DNA from: Selaginella moellendorffii
Lineage: Eukaryota > Plantae > Lycopodiophyta
Direction: 5' to 3'
Length of the DNA stretch: 64,000 nt
NCBI RefSeq assembly: GCF_000143415.4
Contig: NW_003314294.1
Coordinates: 181,402-245,401 of the forward strand
Shown here: positions 13,253-24,600 of the stretch, piece after piece
How positions within the stretch are numbered: the stretch's first letter is position 1
How the letters are laid out: every line of letters starts with the position of its first letter
Notes under the pieces: generated by a model
Told to the model about the DNA's origin: nothing
Databases searched by the model: none
What the model saw: the letters and a program-made list of their open reading frames with translations, nothing else
Position numbers and translations under genes: made by a program

Positions 13253-14293
13253 ATGGCCGCGGTGGTGAGCGCCTGTTCCGGGAGCGCCGCGGCGTCGGCA
13301 TTGGCGCAGTTCTTGCGCAGCAAGGGCGTCCGCGAAGAATGCATCGACCGAATGGTGGACCGCTGCAATAGCAGCGGCCGATTCCCAGGTAGTGTGGATT
13401 CCCCGAGCGCCACGGCCGATGTAATGCAGCCGACCTGGAGCTACCTGGAGAGCATCGTCGTCCCCAAGCGCAAGGTCACGTCCGTGGTGGCGCGCTGCCC
13501 GCCGCTGCTCATGATGCCGCTGGAGGAGCGCCTCAAGCCCATGGTGATGTTCCTCCAGACCATGGGGCTCAAGCGCGACGACATCGCCAAGACCATCAAC
13601 CGCTACCCATCGATCTTCATGCACAGCGTGGAGGAGAAGCTCTGCCCGCTGCTGGCATTCCTCGAGGGCGCTGCGGGCGTTCGCCCGGAGAGGATCGGCA
13701 AGCTCCTCGTGCTGTGCCCGAGGCTCCTGAGCTACAGCATCGATCAGAAGCTCCGACCCATGGTGGATTTTCTCTGCGGCCTCGGCGTGGAGCCGGGACA
13801 CGAGCTCGGCAAGCTCGTCTGCTCGTATCCAAACATCTTCGGCTATAGCATCGAGAACAGGCTCCAAGTCACGGTGGAGTATCTCCGCCAACTCGGCCTC
13901 TCCAAGAACGACTTGAAGAAGATCATCGTGTGCTATCCTCACATCATCTGCCGGGCGGAGAAGGCCTTGGAGCCGGCCGTGAACTATCTCCTCACGGCTG
14001 GACTGAGCGCCGGGCAGATCACCACGCTGGTCGCTGGCTTCCCTCCGATTCTCGTCAAGAGCGTCAAGAGATCCATCCAACCAAAGGTGGAGTTTCTCAT
14101 GCGGGACATGGGAAGGGGATTGGAGGAAGCAGTGGAGTTCCCGGCCTACTTTGGCCACAGCCTCAACAGGAAGATCGGGCCCCGGCACAAGAAGCTCAAG
14201 GATCAAGGTGCCATCCCTCTCCACGCGATGCTCAACTGTAACAAGAAGAAGTTCACGTCCAAGTTCTTCCCAGAAGAAGTTACAGCTCCGTGA
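13253..14293 (+). CDS. mTERF family protein, no introns
   Basis: Repeated ~35-aa mTERF units (LKPMVMFL, YPSIFMHSVEEKL, CPRLLSYSIDQKL, FPAYFGHSLNRKIGPRH). Confidence 0.93.
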   Translation: MAAVVSACSGSAAASALAQFLRSKGVREECIDRMVDRCNSSGRFPGSVDSPSATADVMQPTWSYLESIVVPKRKVTSVVARCPPLLMMPLEERLKPMVMFLQTMGLKRDDIAKTINRYPSIFMHSVEEKLCPLLAFLEGAAGVRPERIGKLLVLCPRLLSYSIDQKLRPMVDFLCGLGVEPGHELGKLVCSYPNIFGYSIENRLQVTVEYLRQLGLSKNDLKKIIVCYPHIICRAEKALEPAVNYLLTAGLSAGQITTLVAGFPPILVKSVKRSIQPKVEFLMRDMGRGLEEAVEFPAYFGHSLNRKIGPRHKKLKDQGAIPLHAMLNCNKKKFTSKFFPEEVTAP

Positions 14294-14639
14294 GAGTGAT
14301 GGTTCCAGTCCGGCTTTGGCGCGCGCAAGCGAAAACACCAACAACAATCTTCCAGCTTCTCGGTCCTCCACAAAAGTTTTGCTGTTGGTACGTAAATTTC
14401 TTGTCGCTAGAGTGTCTTACGCTTCCTATGCTTTCGTTTCTTGCTTTTCGTCCGCCGTGGTTCTTGTTCTTCCCATTCGTTCGTCCTGCGTTGTTCTCTC
14501 CCTCTTTCATTGTTTTTTCGCTCTAGGACTTGAGATTTGAGCTCCTTGTCGTAAATGGTCACTTCCAATTAGCAAGGCTGGTTGGTTCTTGGCAAGCTCT
14601 CTGTGAACTGGTGGGATCATCGCTTTTGAGGCGATGTTG

Positions 14640-15010
14640 TCTTCTCAGTGTCAACTCTCTCTTGATCTCATCAACGTCGAAGTTCTTCCCAGCGGCAGCG
14701 TAGATCTGTGACAGCGCCACGAACTGGGACGTCGACTCCGGTCCAGCAAGCTCTCGGCGGCTGTGGTTCCAATCTCGACATCAGTGTGGAGAAGCGAGAC
14801 CGGCTTGGCACACGAGATAAGCACCCGTATGAACGACTGCCACACTAGCCAGTCCTTGCTAACTATGGGGCCACCACGTCACTGACACGGCAGCGGCGCG
14901 GGGCCTTCCTTCTGTCGTCTTAGGGCCTAGCGACGGACCTTCTTGTCCAGTGCGGCGCGATTGTTGCCGGACTGGACATTGGTGGCCATGATCGACGAGA
15001 TCCTTAGTAG
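14640..15010 (-). pseudogene. Deleted fragments of a copy of the PPR gene at 29875-32307
   Basis: Near-identical blocks, e.g. CAGCGGCAGCGTAGATCTG...GACGTCGACTCCGG and GCGGCGCGATTGTTGCCGGACTGGACATTGG, with large internal deletions. Confidence 0.85.
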
Positions 15011-15113
15011 ATGTTGGGGCATAAGCCCTGATCGCACGTACATCTAGATGTTGAGACCTCCCAAAAGAGCACAAAAGATTTTAATGTGTTGAGATATCTA
15101 TAAGTAAACAGTG

Positions 15114-15146
<33 letters not shown>

Positions 15147-18100
15147 TATATAAATAAAAGTAGAATTATTGATAACCACAATCAATTTGTGACTTTTATG
15201 CTTAATCTAACCTAAGGTAGGGTTTTACTCATGACTCCTTTCATTATATTTGAGTTTTTTAGCAAGTGAGTAGTGAATGATTTGTTAACTTAAAGATTAT
15301 GCTCGTAACATTGAGAGTGTTAAAAAAATTCTGAGTGTAAACACTTAATTAATCATAAAATAAACAATATTTCATATGTAATATACACATATAATCTATT
15401 AAAAACTAAATTTTAAAAAATAATACTTAAACCACCATAAGGTCCAAGTTATGATGCCATATACTAATATTAGTGTAGTGGGATTTTGGTAGTTATCATA
15501 TTAGTTTCAATCTGGACCACTCGCTCTTGTATATAAATTAGGGTTTTTGGACTAATTGATATGTACATTCTTTATATTTCCTTTCTATATTCCATTCACT
15601 CACATTGGTAGAGGTGAAATGCATCTTTTATTGTCCTTGGGGAGTGCTTGGATTTGGGATTTTAATTTAGATATAACTTTTACATCATTTATATTTAGCT
15701 TTTTCCATTTCCCTTCTTTTCAGGATTTTGGCTTAAATTTAACTTTTCCATTGTCTAAATTTCCCTTTCCTTCTAGTTTCTTCTCATTTCTCTTCTTTTG
15801 CTCTTTCCTTTTTATTCATCTTCATGGTAGAGTAGCAGTCTCCTCCTCTTTTGACTCTGGAACAATAGTTGGTGCAATTGTTTGATGCTATGTGATTGCA
15901 ATTGAACAACCAAACTCAATTGATGGCGGCATTCATGGTATACGATACAACTCCTCTTGCTCTTGGTGCCAATCCTCACGTTCGGCTGGAGTTCTTTCGT
16001 AGGAATCCTGGGGATGATGTGTACTATTGGTTCGATTGCTTCACAATGATTGCCACATATCATTTTTAGGATAATGCTTGACGTTTGCGTGAGTTTCCCA
16101 CATATCTCCAAGGGACGGCACTATAATGGTATAATGGTTTGAGTGCAGCCACTCGTGAGGATTGAAGCGATCAAAGTGTGTGTTTGGGTCCAAGGACATG
16201 ATTTATTTTGGGTACTGTATTTCTCATAAGGGTTTGCAAGTTAATCATGACAAACTTGTGGCTATTCTAAAGTTTCCTACTCCAAAGTATGTAAATGATG
16301 TGCAATGTTTCTTGGGCAAGGTGCAGTATCTCGGTCGTTTTGTGGATTATTTTTCTGATCACACTACATTGTTGTGAGCATTACTGAAGTTATCAACATC
16401 ATCTTTCATCTGGTCTTTGGATTGTGAGCGAGCGTTTATGGATCTCAAAGAGCTATTGATGACTCCTCCGGTATTGGCATATTCTAACTACACTTGACTT
16501 TTCATTTTGCGTGTGGATGCTTCTAATATTGGTTTTGGAGGTGTGTTGATGCAAAAGAGCTCGAATGTTCTTGATTAGTGCCATCCCATTGCGTATATAA
16601 GCCATATATTACAACAAGTGGAGGTGAACTACTCTACAACAAAGAAAGAGTGCAAGAAACTTCATGCATATCTATATGGTTTTCAGACATTACTAAAAGG
16701 TGATCATGCTGCCATTACTTCATTATTGAAGCGGAAAAACTTGGTTGGTTGTACTACTCAATGGGCTTTGAAGCTTCAGATATATAATTTTGATATTGTT
16801 CATCACTCGGGAAATTCTATGGCTGATGCTAATGTCCTTTCTAGAGCTTCTCTTCCTTCTTCGCTCTCTTCTCATGTTTTTGACGAGCCTGTTGTTCCAG
16901 CATCTATGAATTTTCTAAACGAGGATTTTGTGCCATCGATGGTTGTTGTATTTGACGTTCAGTGTTCACAAGGTACAGAGCAAGACTTATCTTCTTTTGA
17001 TGAGGTTCATGAGGCTCAAAAGATTGAGCCGTGAATTCGAAGGCTTTAAGAAGAGTTTAAGAATCCTGTATCACTTGTTGATGACTTGCTATTCTGGCAT
17101 TTATATTGTTAATATCACTTTGAAGACGGCCTTTTATATTTTGTGGGGATGGATCATAATGATCATTTACAGTTATTGATTCCTTCCATTTTTATTCCAC
17201 AATTTCTTCATGCCTACTATGATTTTCCGGTTTTAGGCAGGCATATGGAACATCGTCGTGTGACTAAGAAGTTGTGTAGGTCTTTCTATTGGCTGGAGAT
17301 GCGATGCGATGCGATGTTATTCAGTATATGCATATCTGTGTTTGGTGTTAAGTTCGTAATACTCCCCCTCGTGCTACAAAAGGACAATTGGAGTTAATTG
17401 CAATTTCCTATCCGTTTGAGTTGGTGGTGTTTAATCTTATGAGACCTTTTCTACAATTGATTGTTAGCAAAGAGTATGTTATTATTGTTTATGACTACTT
17501 AACTCGTTGGGTGGAAGTTGGTGCTTTTGTTAGCGCCTTTGCAACTACTATTAGATACTTCCTCCTCAATCAAGTAGTATTCCAGCATTGTTATCGAGAG
17601 TGGAGTCTTTCGGATAATGGTCCTGCATTTATGGCTGAGGGATTTCATGTTTTAACATCTTGGTTGGGGATACGCCACACTTTCATAAGTGCTTATCATC
17701 CACAATCAAATGGTTTGGTGGAACGGTTCATTTGGACGTTCAAAGGGATGATCGTGAAGTATGTAAACTTTCAGCATTCAGATTGGGATAGTTATTTGCC
17801 GTCTCTTCGGTATGCATATGTCACAGGGGTGCAAAGTTTTATTTGTGCTTCATCATATAAACTTTTATATGGTCATCATCCAATATTACCAATAGAGCTA
17901 GGTTTACCTTTGCGATTGCCACGAGCTACCGATGCTAGGTCATGGGATCAGTATTTGATGAACATTCTTCCATTTATCCGAGCGGAGTCTATCGAACACT
18001 TAGGCTGCATATAAGTGGAACAACAACAGTGCTACAATTCCCATCATCATCCACTTGCAAAGTATAAAATGGATGACTTGGTGTTAGTTTGTTTTCCCCA

Positions 18101-18217
18101 TCTTACTATACATGGTTTATCTAAAGGCTCTTTTCTCAGTGGAAAGGACCGTATCAAGTGTTGCGGCAAATTGGAAGACAAGTTTATGAGATTCGGCATG
18201 ACGTTCAACAAGGCAAT

Positions 18218-19365
18218 TGTAAGCCACAAATTTTTCCTTTCCAATTTGCCAGCTTACCTCGTCTATCCGTCCAACACTGCCTTGGCTTTTGCTAAGTTCC
18301 CTTGCCAAGGTTCTCGCCTATGGTACCAGCTCCTACTTGGTTTCAGCTACTCACTGCACGAGCAACGGAGTGTTAGCCATCCTTCCACGGATTCCCAAAT
18401 CACTCCCAATCCCCCTCCCTGGGTTAGACTGGACTTAAGGTTCGGCTACACTCCCTGCAAGCACAAGCAGCCAAGCACACCAAGCTTCCAGGTTCCTAAC
18501 ATCCCTTGGTACCACAAGACTTGATCATGGGACCCTCTAAATCCCAAGTCTTGAGTGCAACACTTGCTTCGGGACGCCAGGGCGAAACACCGTGGCCTAA
18601 CGGCCCGGTATGGGTACCTCTCGCCCCCCACTTCCATCCCGAAGGAAGGCCCAAGCCCCTAGGAAGGGCGAGGACCAATGAGCCGCATGGTCCTCAAGTG
18701 GGGCACCACTCCACATGAGCCGGGAGCACCGCAATCGGTTTCCCTTTCGGGAGTGGGAGCTGCTCTTGAGCACTTCCTTGGATGGCCCCTCCGGCACCAG
18801 CCAAGTCCATGCTCACTCCCACCCAAGGCCCCTTAGTCCCAGTCCCAACCTCAAGTCGGTTTGGAAGCCCAACTGGAGAGTCCCTTCAAAACTGGTTCCT
18901 GGACCTCACTATCCCTACTATACTTTTGGAACCCCCTGCAGCCCCCCCCCCTTGGGGGACGCACGCTTTGGGCTTTCACCCCTTGACCCGTATTAGTATT
19001 TGGATTTAGTCTCTGGCTCGATCTCGGATCCGATTTCGGATCCGACTTCGGATTTGGTCTCGGACTCGATCGCGGACTCGATCTCGGACCCGATCTCGGG
19101 CCCGACCTCGGACTCGACTTCGGACTCGGTCTCGGACCCGATTTCGGATCTCGGACTCCGTCTCGAACTCGGTCTCGAACTCGGACTCGAACTCGGTCCC
19201 CGAGTCGGTCTTGGACTCGATTCCGGACTCTATCTCGAACTCGGTCCTAGAGTTGGTCTTGGACTCGATCTTTGACTTGGTCCCATCCGATGAACTCTTT
19301 GTCATTTTGGTCATGCTTTCGGGGTTCCCTTAGCCTACGACACCTCGGCGAGTTGGTTCCTTACA
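18218..19365 (-). repeat. 3' LTR of the young element, with internal TCGGAC/TCGATC tandem array (~19013-19270)
   Basis: Direct repeat of 24601-25767. Confidence 0.96.
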
Positions 19366-19769
19366 ACTCCACCACCCATAGAAGAAGTTCGATGCCCACA
19401 TCGAACGTCTCTTTTTTATCCTACGACTTGTTGACCATGTCTCCGAGGGCATCCCCCCACTTAGCGGTGTGCCTAAGTTAGCCTCCCCGGCCAAGAGCTC
19501 ATGACAACGGAATATAGGTGTCCCTATACTCCTCCCCTCACCACGCCCTAGTATGGGGTCGGGACTTGAACCCAGCCTTGCTTTACTAGGGGGTTGGGAC
19601 TCGAACCCAACCTCCGTAGAATACGTCTACGGTTTCGACATCCCCGCAGGGAGTCAGGCGTAGCTCCCTACGCCTGGTCGACCTAGCTAACCCATGCTAA
19701 TTAGCTCACCTTTGGCGCGCCTTCGGGTCCCAACATATGCCACTTGCTCAACTTTGCAAATTGATATTT

Positions 19770-22700
19770 TTAATTGAACTTTGCATAAGTACATAGAGTT
19801 CTGCCTTGCAGAAATTCCTCCACTAGATCTCGCGCGTTCGCTAGGTTCTCCTCCGGTTCCCATGTTGCTTCGCAGTGTGGAAATCCTTTCCACTTCACAT
19901 GGAACTCTCTCACCTCGCGTCCTTGTCGCTTGCTCTTGCGCGCATTGAGGATGGCCTCGACTTCGTATTCCTCTTCCCCTTGGATAACCTCAGGTAAAGG
20001 TCTTACTTGGTCTTTGCGAAGCGGATCCTCAAAGTACGGCTTGAGTAAGTTCACATGGAACACTGGGTGCATCTTCCCCATCTCTCGAGGAAGTCGGAGT
20101 CGGTAAGCCACTTTACCGATTCGTGCCTCAATCTCGTAAGGCCCCGCGAACCTGCTTAAGGAACTCAAGATCAATTCATTTACAGGAATACATGCATTTT
20201 TACCTTTGGGTCAACTTTCGGCTGATCCCACTTGGTAGCCTAAGGTTCTTGGTGTTCAGCCACACCTTCTCCCCAGCTTGGAACTCTACGTCCCGGCGCT
20301 TTAGGTTCGCGTACTTGGTTTGCCTTTGTTGAGCCCGTTCCAAGGAATCCCTCACTAGATTCCAAATGTTGAGTCTTTCCGCCGTGAATGCCTCCACTGC
20401 GGGTAACTCTCTATGATACTCGGCCACGCCGAGTTCCACAGGACCTTCAATAGCTCGCCCATTGATGACTTCCCATGGACTCACCCCGATACTCGAATGT
20501 GGTGAGTTGTTATAACACATTTCCGCAAGTCCCAAATGACTTACCCAATCGGTCTGGTCTCCCGAGACATAGCATCGCAAATAATCCTCCAACTGCCTAT
20601 TCACCCTTTCCGTTTGTCCGTCTGTCAAGAAGTGTTAAGACCACCAAACTTGACTTAATACCCCATACCTGTCTGTGGGTGATAGGCTGTGCTGAATTTC
20701 AACTTGGTGCGATACTGTTCCAGGAGGGTCCTCCAGAACCTACTAGTGAAGATCTTATCTCGATCTGAGATAATCTCCTCTGGCCTTCCCCGCACTCGAA
20801 CCACTTGTTCGAAGAACAGTTTCGCCACACCTTCCGCATCCACCTCTGTTGTGGTGGGTATGAAATGTGCCATCTTCGAAAATCGGTCCACCACCACGAA
20901 TATCGCATCGAACCCCTCGCTTGGGGGTAGTCCTGTGATGAAGTCCATCGTGAGACATTTCCACGGACGATCTGGAATTGGGATGCTTGCAACAAGCCCC
21001 CACTAGCCTTAGTCACGGCTTTGACCTGTTGACATGTTGGACATGTCTTTACATAGTCTTGGACGTCCTTAGCCATATCTGGCCAATGGTACTTCCTCTT
21101 GAGTAAGCTCATCGTCTTGGGCACTCCGCCGTGTCCCGCAAGAGGTCCGTCATGACACTCTTCTAAGGCTACCTTCCTTAGTCCACCTTCTGGAACATAC
21201 ACCCTCGTTTGCTTGTAATAAATGAGTCCATTGCGTTCCGCATAGCCCGTTTTCTCTTCCGTTGGCGGCTCACCTCTCTGGTGAGCTTCCCGTGCCTCCA
21301 GATTCCTCAACAACACTTCTTGTGCTAGACCATCGTTCTCATATGCTGTCCGCACATCGTCCCAGAAGGTTGCTGTTGCGCTGGAGATCGCCAACCTCAA
21401 GCTCGCTTTTCGACTTAGCGCATCTGCCACGATGTTGCTCTTCCCAGGCTTGTACAGAATCTCGCAATCAAACTCGGCCAAGGCATTGGCCCACCGACCT
21501 TGTTTCCCTCTCAGGTCGGGTTGTGACAAGAAGTGTTTCGTTGCCACATTGTCCGTGTAAACCTTGAAGTGTCTCCCAAGGTAGTGTCGCCATTCCTTGA
21601 GCGCCTTGACCACCGCAAACAATTCCTTCTCGTGGGCAGGCCACTTCCGTTGAGCCTTGTCCAGCTTCTTCGAGAAGAACGCTACTGGATGGTTGTCTTG
21701 CTTCAAAACTGCGCCTAACGCAAAGTCCGAAGCATCCGTGTCTACCTCAAAGTCCTTACCAAAGTCCGGTAATGCCAACACCGGAGCCTTCCTCAACTTC
21801 CCTTTGAGGTGGACGAATGCCGCCTCGCATTCCGCTGTCCATACCATCTTCCCTTTTCCCGTTTGATCCGTTAAGGGCAGGGCTACTCTCGAATAGTGTC
21901 TGATAAACTTTCGATAGTAGTTGCATAGCCCCAAGAACGCCCTCAACTCATGTACATTCGATGGTCGCTCCCATTCCTGGATCGCTTGGACCTTCTCCGG
22001 GTCCACCTTGAGCCCGTCCTGGCCCACCACATGCCCGAGAAACTTTACCTCTTGCTGAGCAAAGTCACATTTGCTCTCTTTAGCATACAGTTTATGTTCC
22101 CTTAGTTTCTCAAACACCTTCGCCAAGTGTTCGGCATGCTCCTCTAGCGTCTCGCTATAGATCAGGATGTTGTCAATATAGACGACCACAAAGTGATCCA
22201 GATAGGGTACAAAGATGTGGTTCATCAACGCCGAAAACGTTGCCGGCGCATTGCACAGCCCAAAGGGCATCACCAAAAACTCAAAGCTCCCATACCTCGT
22301 TCGACAGGTTGTCTTCTCGACATCTTCCTCGGCTACCCTGATCTGGTAGTATCCTGACCTTAGGTCAATCCTCGAGAAGTATTTTGCCTTTCCCAACCTA
22401 TCGAACAGGTCCTCAATCCTTGGCAACGGGTACTTGTTCTTCTTGGTATACTTGTTGAGCAACCGGTAATCTATGCACATGCGCATAGATCCATCTTTCT
22501 TTTTCACAAATAATACCGGCGCCCCATACGGCGACTTGCTCAACCTAACATACCCTTTGCCCACCAACTCCTCTAGTTGGCACTTGAGCTCCTTGAGTTC
22601 TTTTTCGTTCAAACGATAGGGGGGACGAACCACCGCCTCAGCGCCCTCGACAAGCTCAATCTTATGTTCTATCGGTCGTGCGGGGGGCAACCCCGCCGGT

Positions 22701-24541
22701 AGCTCCTCCGACATGGTATCCTGGAATTGGTCCAACACTCGCTGGATCACTAAAGGCACTTCTTCCGTTCTTGTCTTTTTGTCACTCTTCACCGAGAGTA
22801 AGCACAAAAAGGCTGCCTTAGTTCCTTTAGTGAGTTGTCCTCTCGTGGACACCAGGTTCAAGCATGACTCTTTGGCCTTGCTTTGCCCTACCTTTAGATC
22901 CTGGGCCTCCACCCTAGATCTTCTTCCTTGGGCATTCGCCAATACCACAAGGTTCCTACCTTGTCCATGCAGGGCTACCACGAACCGATTAAACCAATCC
23001 ATTCCGAAGATCACGTCAAATCCCGCCATATCCAAGACGGTGAAATCCATGTCCACTTTCCATGTCCCCACTTCGACTCTCGCTTGTCGAAGTACCTCAT
23101 CGGTGCTTTGGCTACCCTGAACAAACTCTATAGTCCTTGGTTCGCCTAGCCGCTGCACCGTTAGTCCGGCTTGCCGGACTATGTCTGCAGCCACAAAATT
23201 ATCCGAAGCACCCGTGTCAATAAGGATCTTAACAAAGCTACCTCCGAGCTTCCCTCGGAGGGCTAGTAGATGTCGCGAATGACTCTCTACCAAAGTTGCT
23301 CGTGTAATGAGTAACTTTGAGTTAGGGACTGGATCACATACCTCAGTTTGGACTTCACCCGACTTGATGGCCATATTGGCTCTGGCCTTCTTCGGGTAGG
23401 GACATTCCCTCGAGAAGTGTCCCGCTTCGCCGCAGTTGTAACATACGTTGTTTCCCACGCTGCTATACAACTTGACCTTCTTATCCGTGGGTTTGTCCTT
23501 TTTTGCTTGACTCCCCCACGTACTCGCTCGCTGGCCACCGGATTTGCCTTTCCGGAACCCCGAGGACTCATTCTTAGAGAAACTCCTTTTGAATTTCCCC
23601 TTGCTATACGTTCCCCTTGGTTTGGCCCCTTTGCTAAATGTGGATCCCGACCCCGTCGTGTTCCCCTTTCGCAGGTTATCGTTGAAATGCACCTTGATAG
23701 CCGCATCCAACGCTTCCTTGTAGTTGGTCGGGTTCCACCTCATCACCTCGCCGCGAGCCCAGGTTTGCAAACCTGATATGAAGGCATGGAACGCATCCAT
23801 ATCCCCCATGTCCGTGACAAGTATCCTCTTTGCCATGAACCCATTCACATATTCCTGGATGGTTCCTGTCTGTTTCAGCCTACTCAGTTCATCCCTCAGA
23901 TGCAGAGTGGCATTCGGAGGAACATATGTTGCGCGGATCCTCGCCTTCATCATGTCCCAAGTGACCACCGGTCCTTCGTTGGCCTCCGTTGTTCTCCACC
24001 AAGACTTGGCATTATCTGCCAAGTATGGTTTTGCACATGGGACCTTCTCCGAGCTTGGTAACCGCAACGCTCGGAAGTAGTCCTCCATATCGTAAAACCA
24101 ATCCTCCACCACCTTATAGTCATTCACTCCCTTGAAGACCGGTGGGGGCTTTGGTTTGTACTTGGGAACTGCCTGAGGGACTGATTCCACTTCGGTCTGT
24201 TCGACCTTGTCTGGTTTTGCCTCAGTCCCGGCCGAAAGATCCGCACCTTCTGCGCTGCCAGCATCCGCAGTCTTTTTCTTTTTCTTCCGCCTCTCGTCAC
24301 GCTTTAGCTTGCGTACGAGAGTTTCCAGCAGGGCATTGGTCTGTGCCAACTGTCCTTCTAGCACGTCCAATCGAGCCTTGGACGACCGAACCTCGCCACC
24401 GGACTCCTGTTTGGAGGTTTCCTCACTGGAGTCCTCCTCATGCAAGGATTCCTCATCCATAGCCTCTTGTTCGACCGGAGGCTCCAGCTCTGGCGGAGGT
24501 TCCGTCTCTGCCTAGGTTCGCTTACGCCCTGCCCTTGCCAT
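19770..24541 (-). pseudogene. gag-pol of the young element (Gag, zinc knuckle, protease, RT, RNaseH, integrase, chromodomain); intron-interrupted and mutated in this copy
   Basis: [41 protein letters not shown]|DGQTE, FAGPY, YEVEAIL..VKWKGFPHCEATWEP. Lesions: TAG at 24512-24514, YIDD>YIDN, 1-bp frameshift near 20985. Confidence 0.93.
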
Positions 24542-24600
24542 CTCCCAGCAATCCGCCTCTATCCTTCGCTAGAACTGAGGAAAAGGCTCCGATACCAAAT

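Noticed and set aside
13145-14371. Long antisense ORFs over GC-rich genes (also 3238-4212, 29686-30975, 33896-34993, 58280-59398, 60392-61378)
   Set aside because: Shadow frames produced by high GC3 codon usage.
19000-19314. SD/RD-repeat ORFs and a CRISPR-like look of the LTR array
   Set aside because: A simple hexamer tandem repeat with no unique spacers.
19600-19680. Possible hammerhead ribozyme in the retroelement 3' UTR
   Set aside because: GAAA is present but the CUGANGA core is not (it reads CUGACUC).
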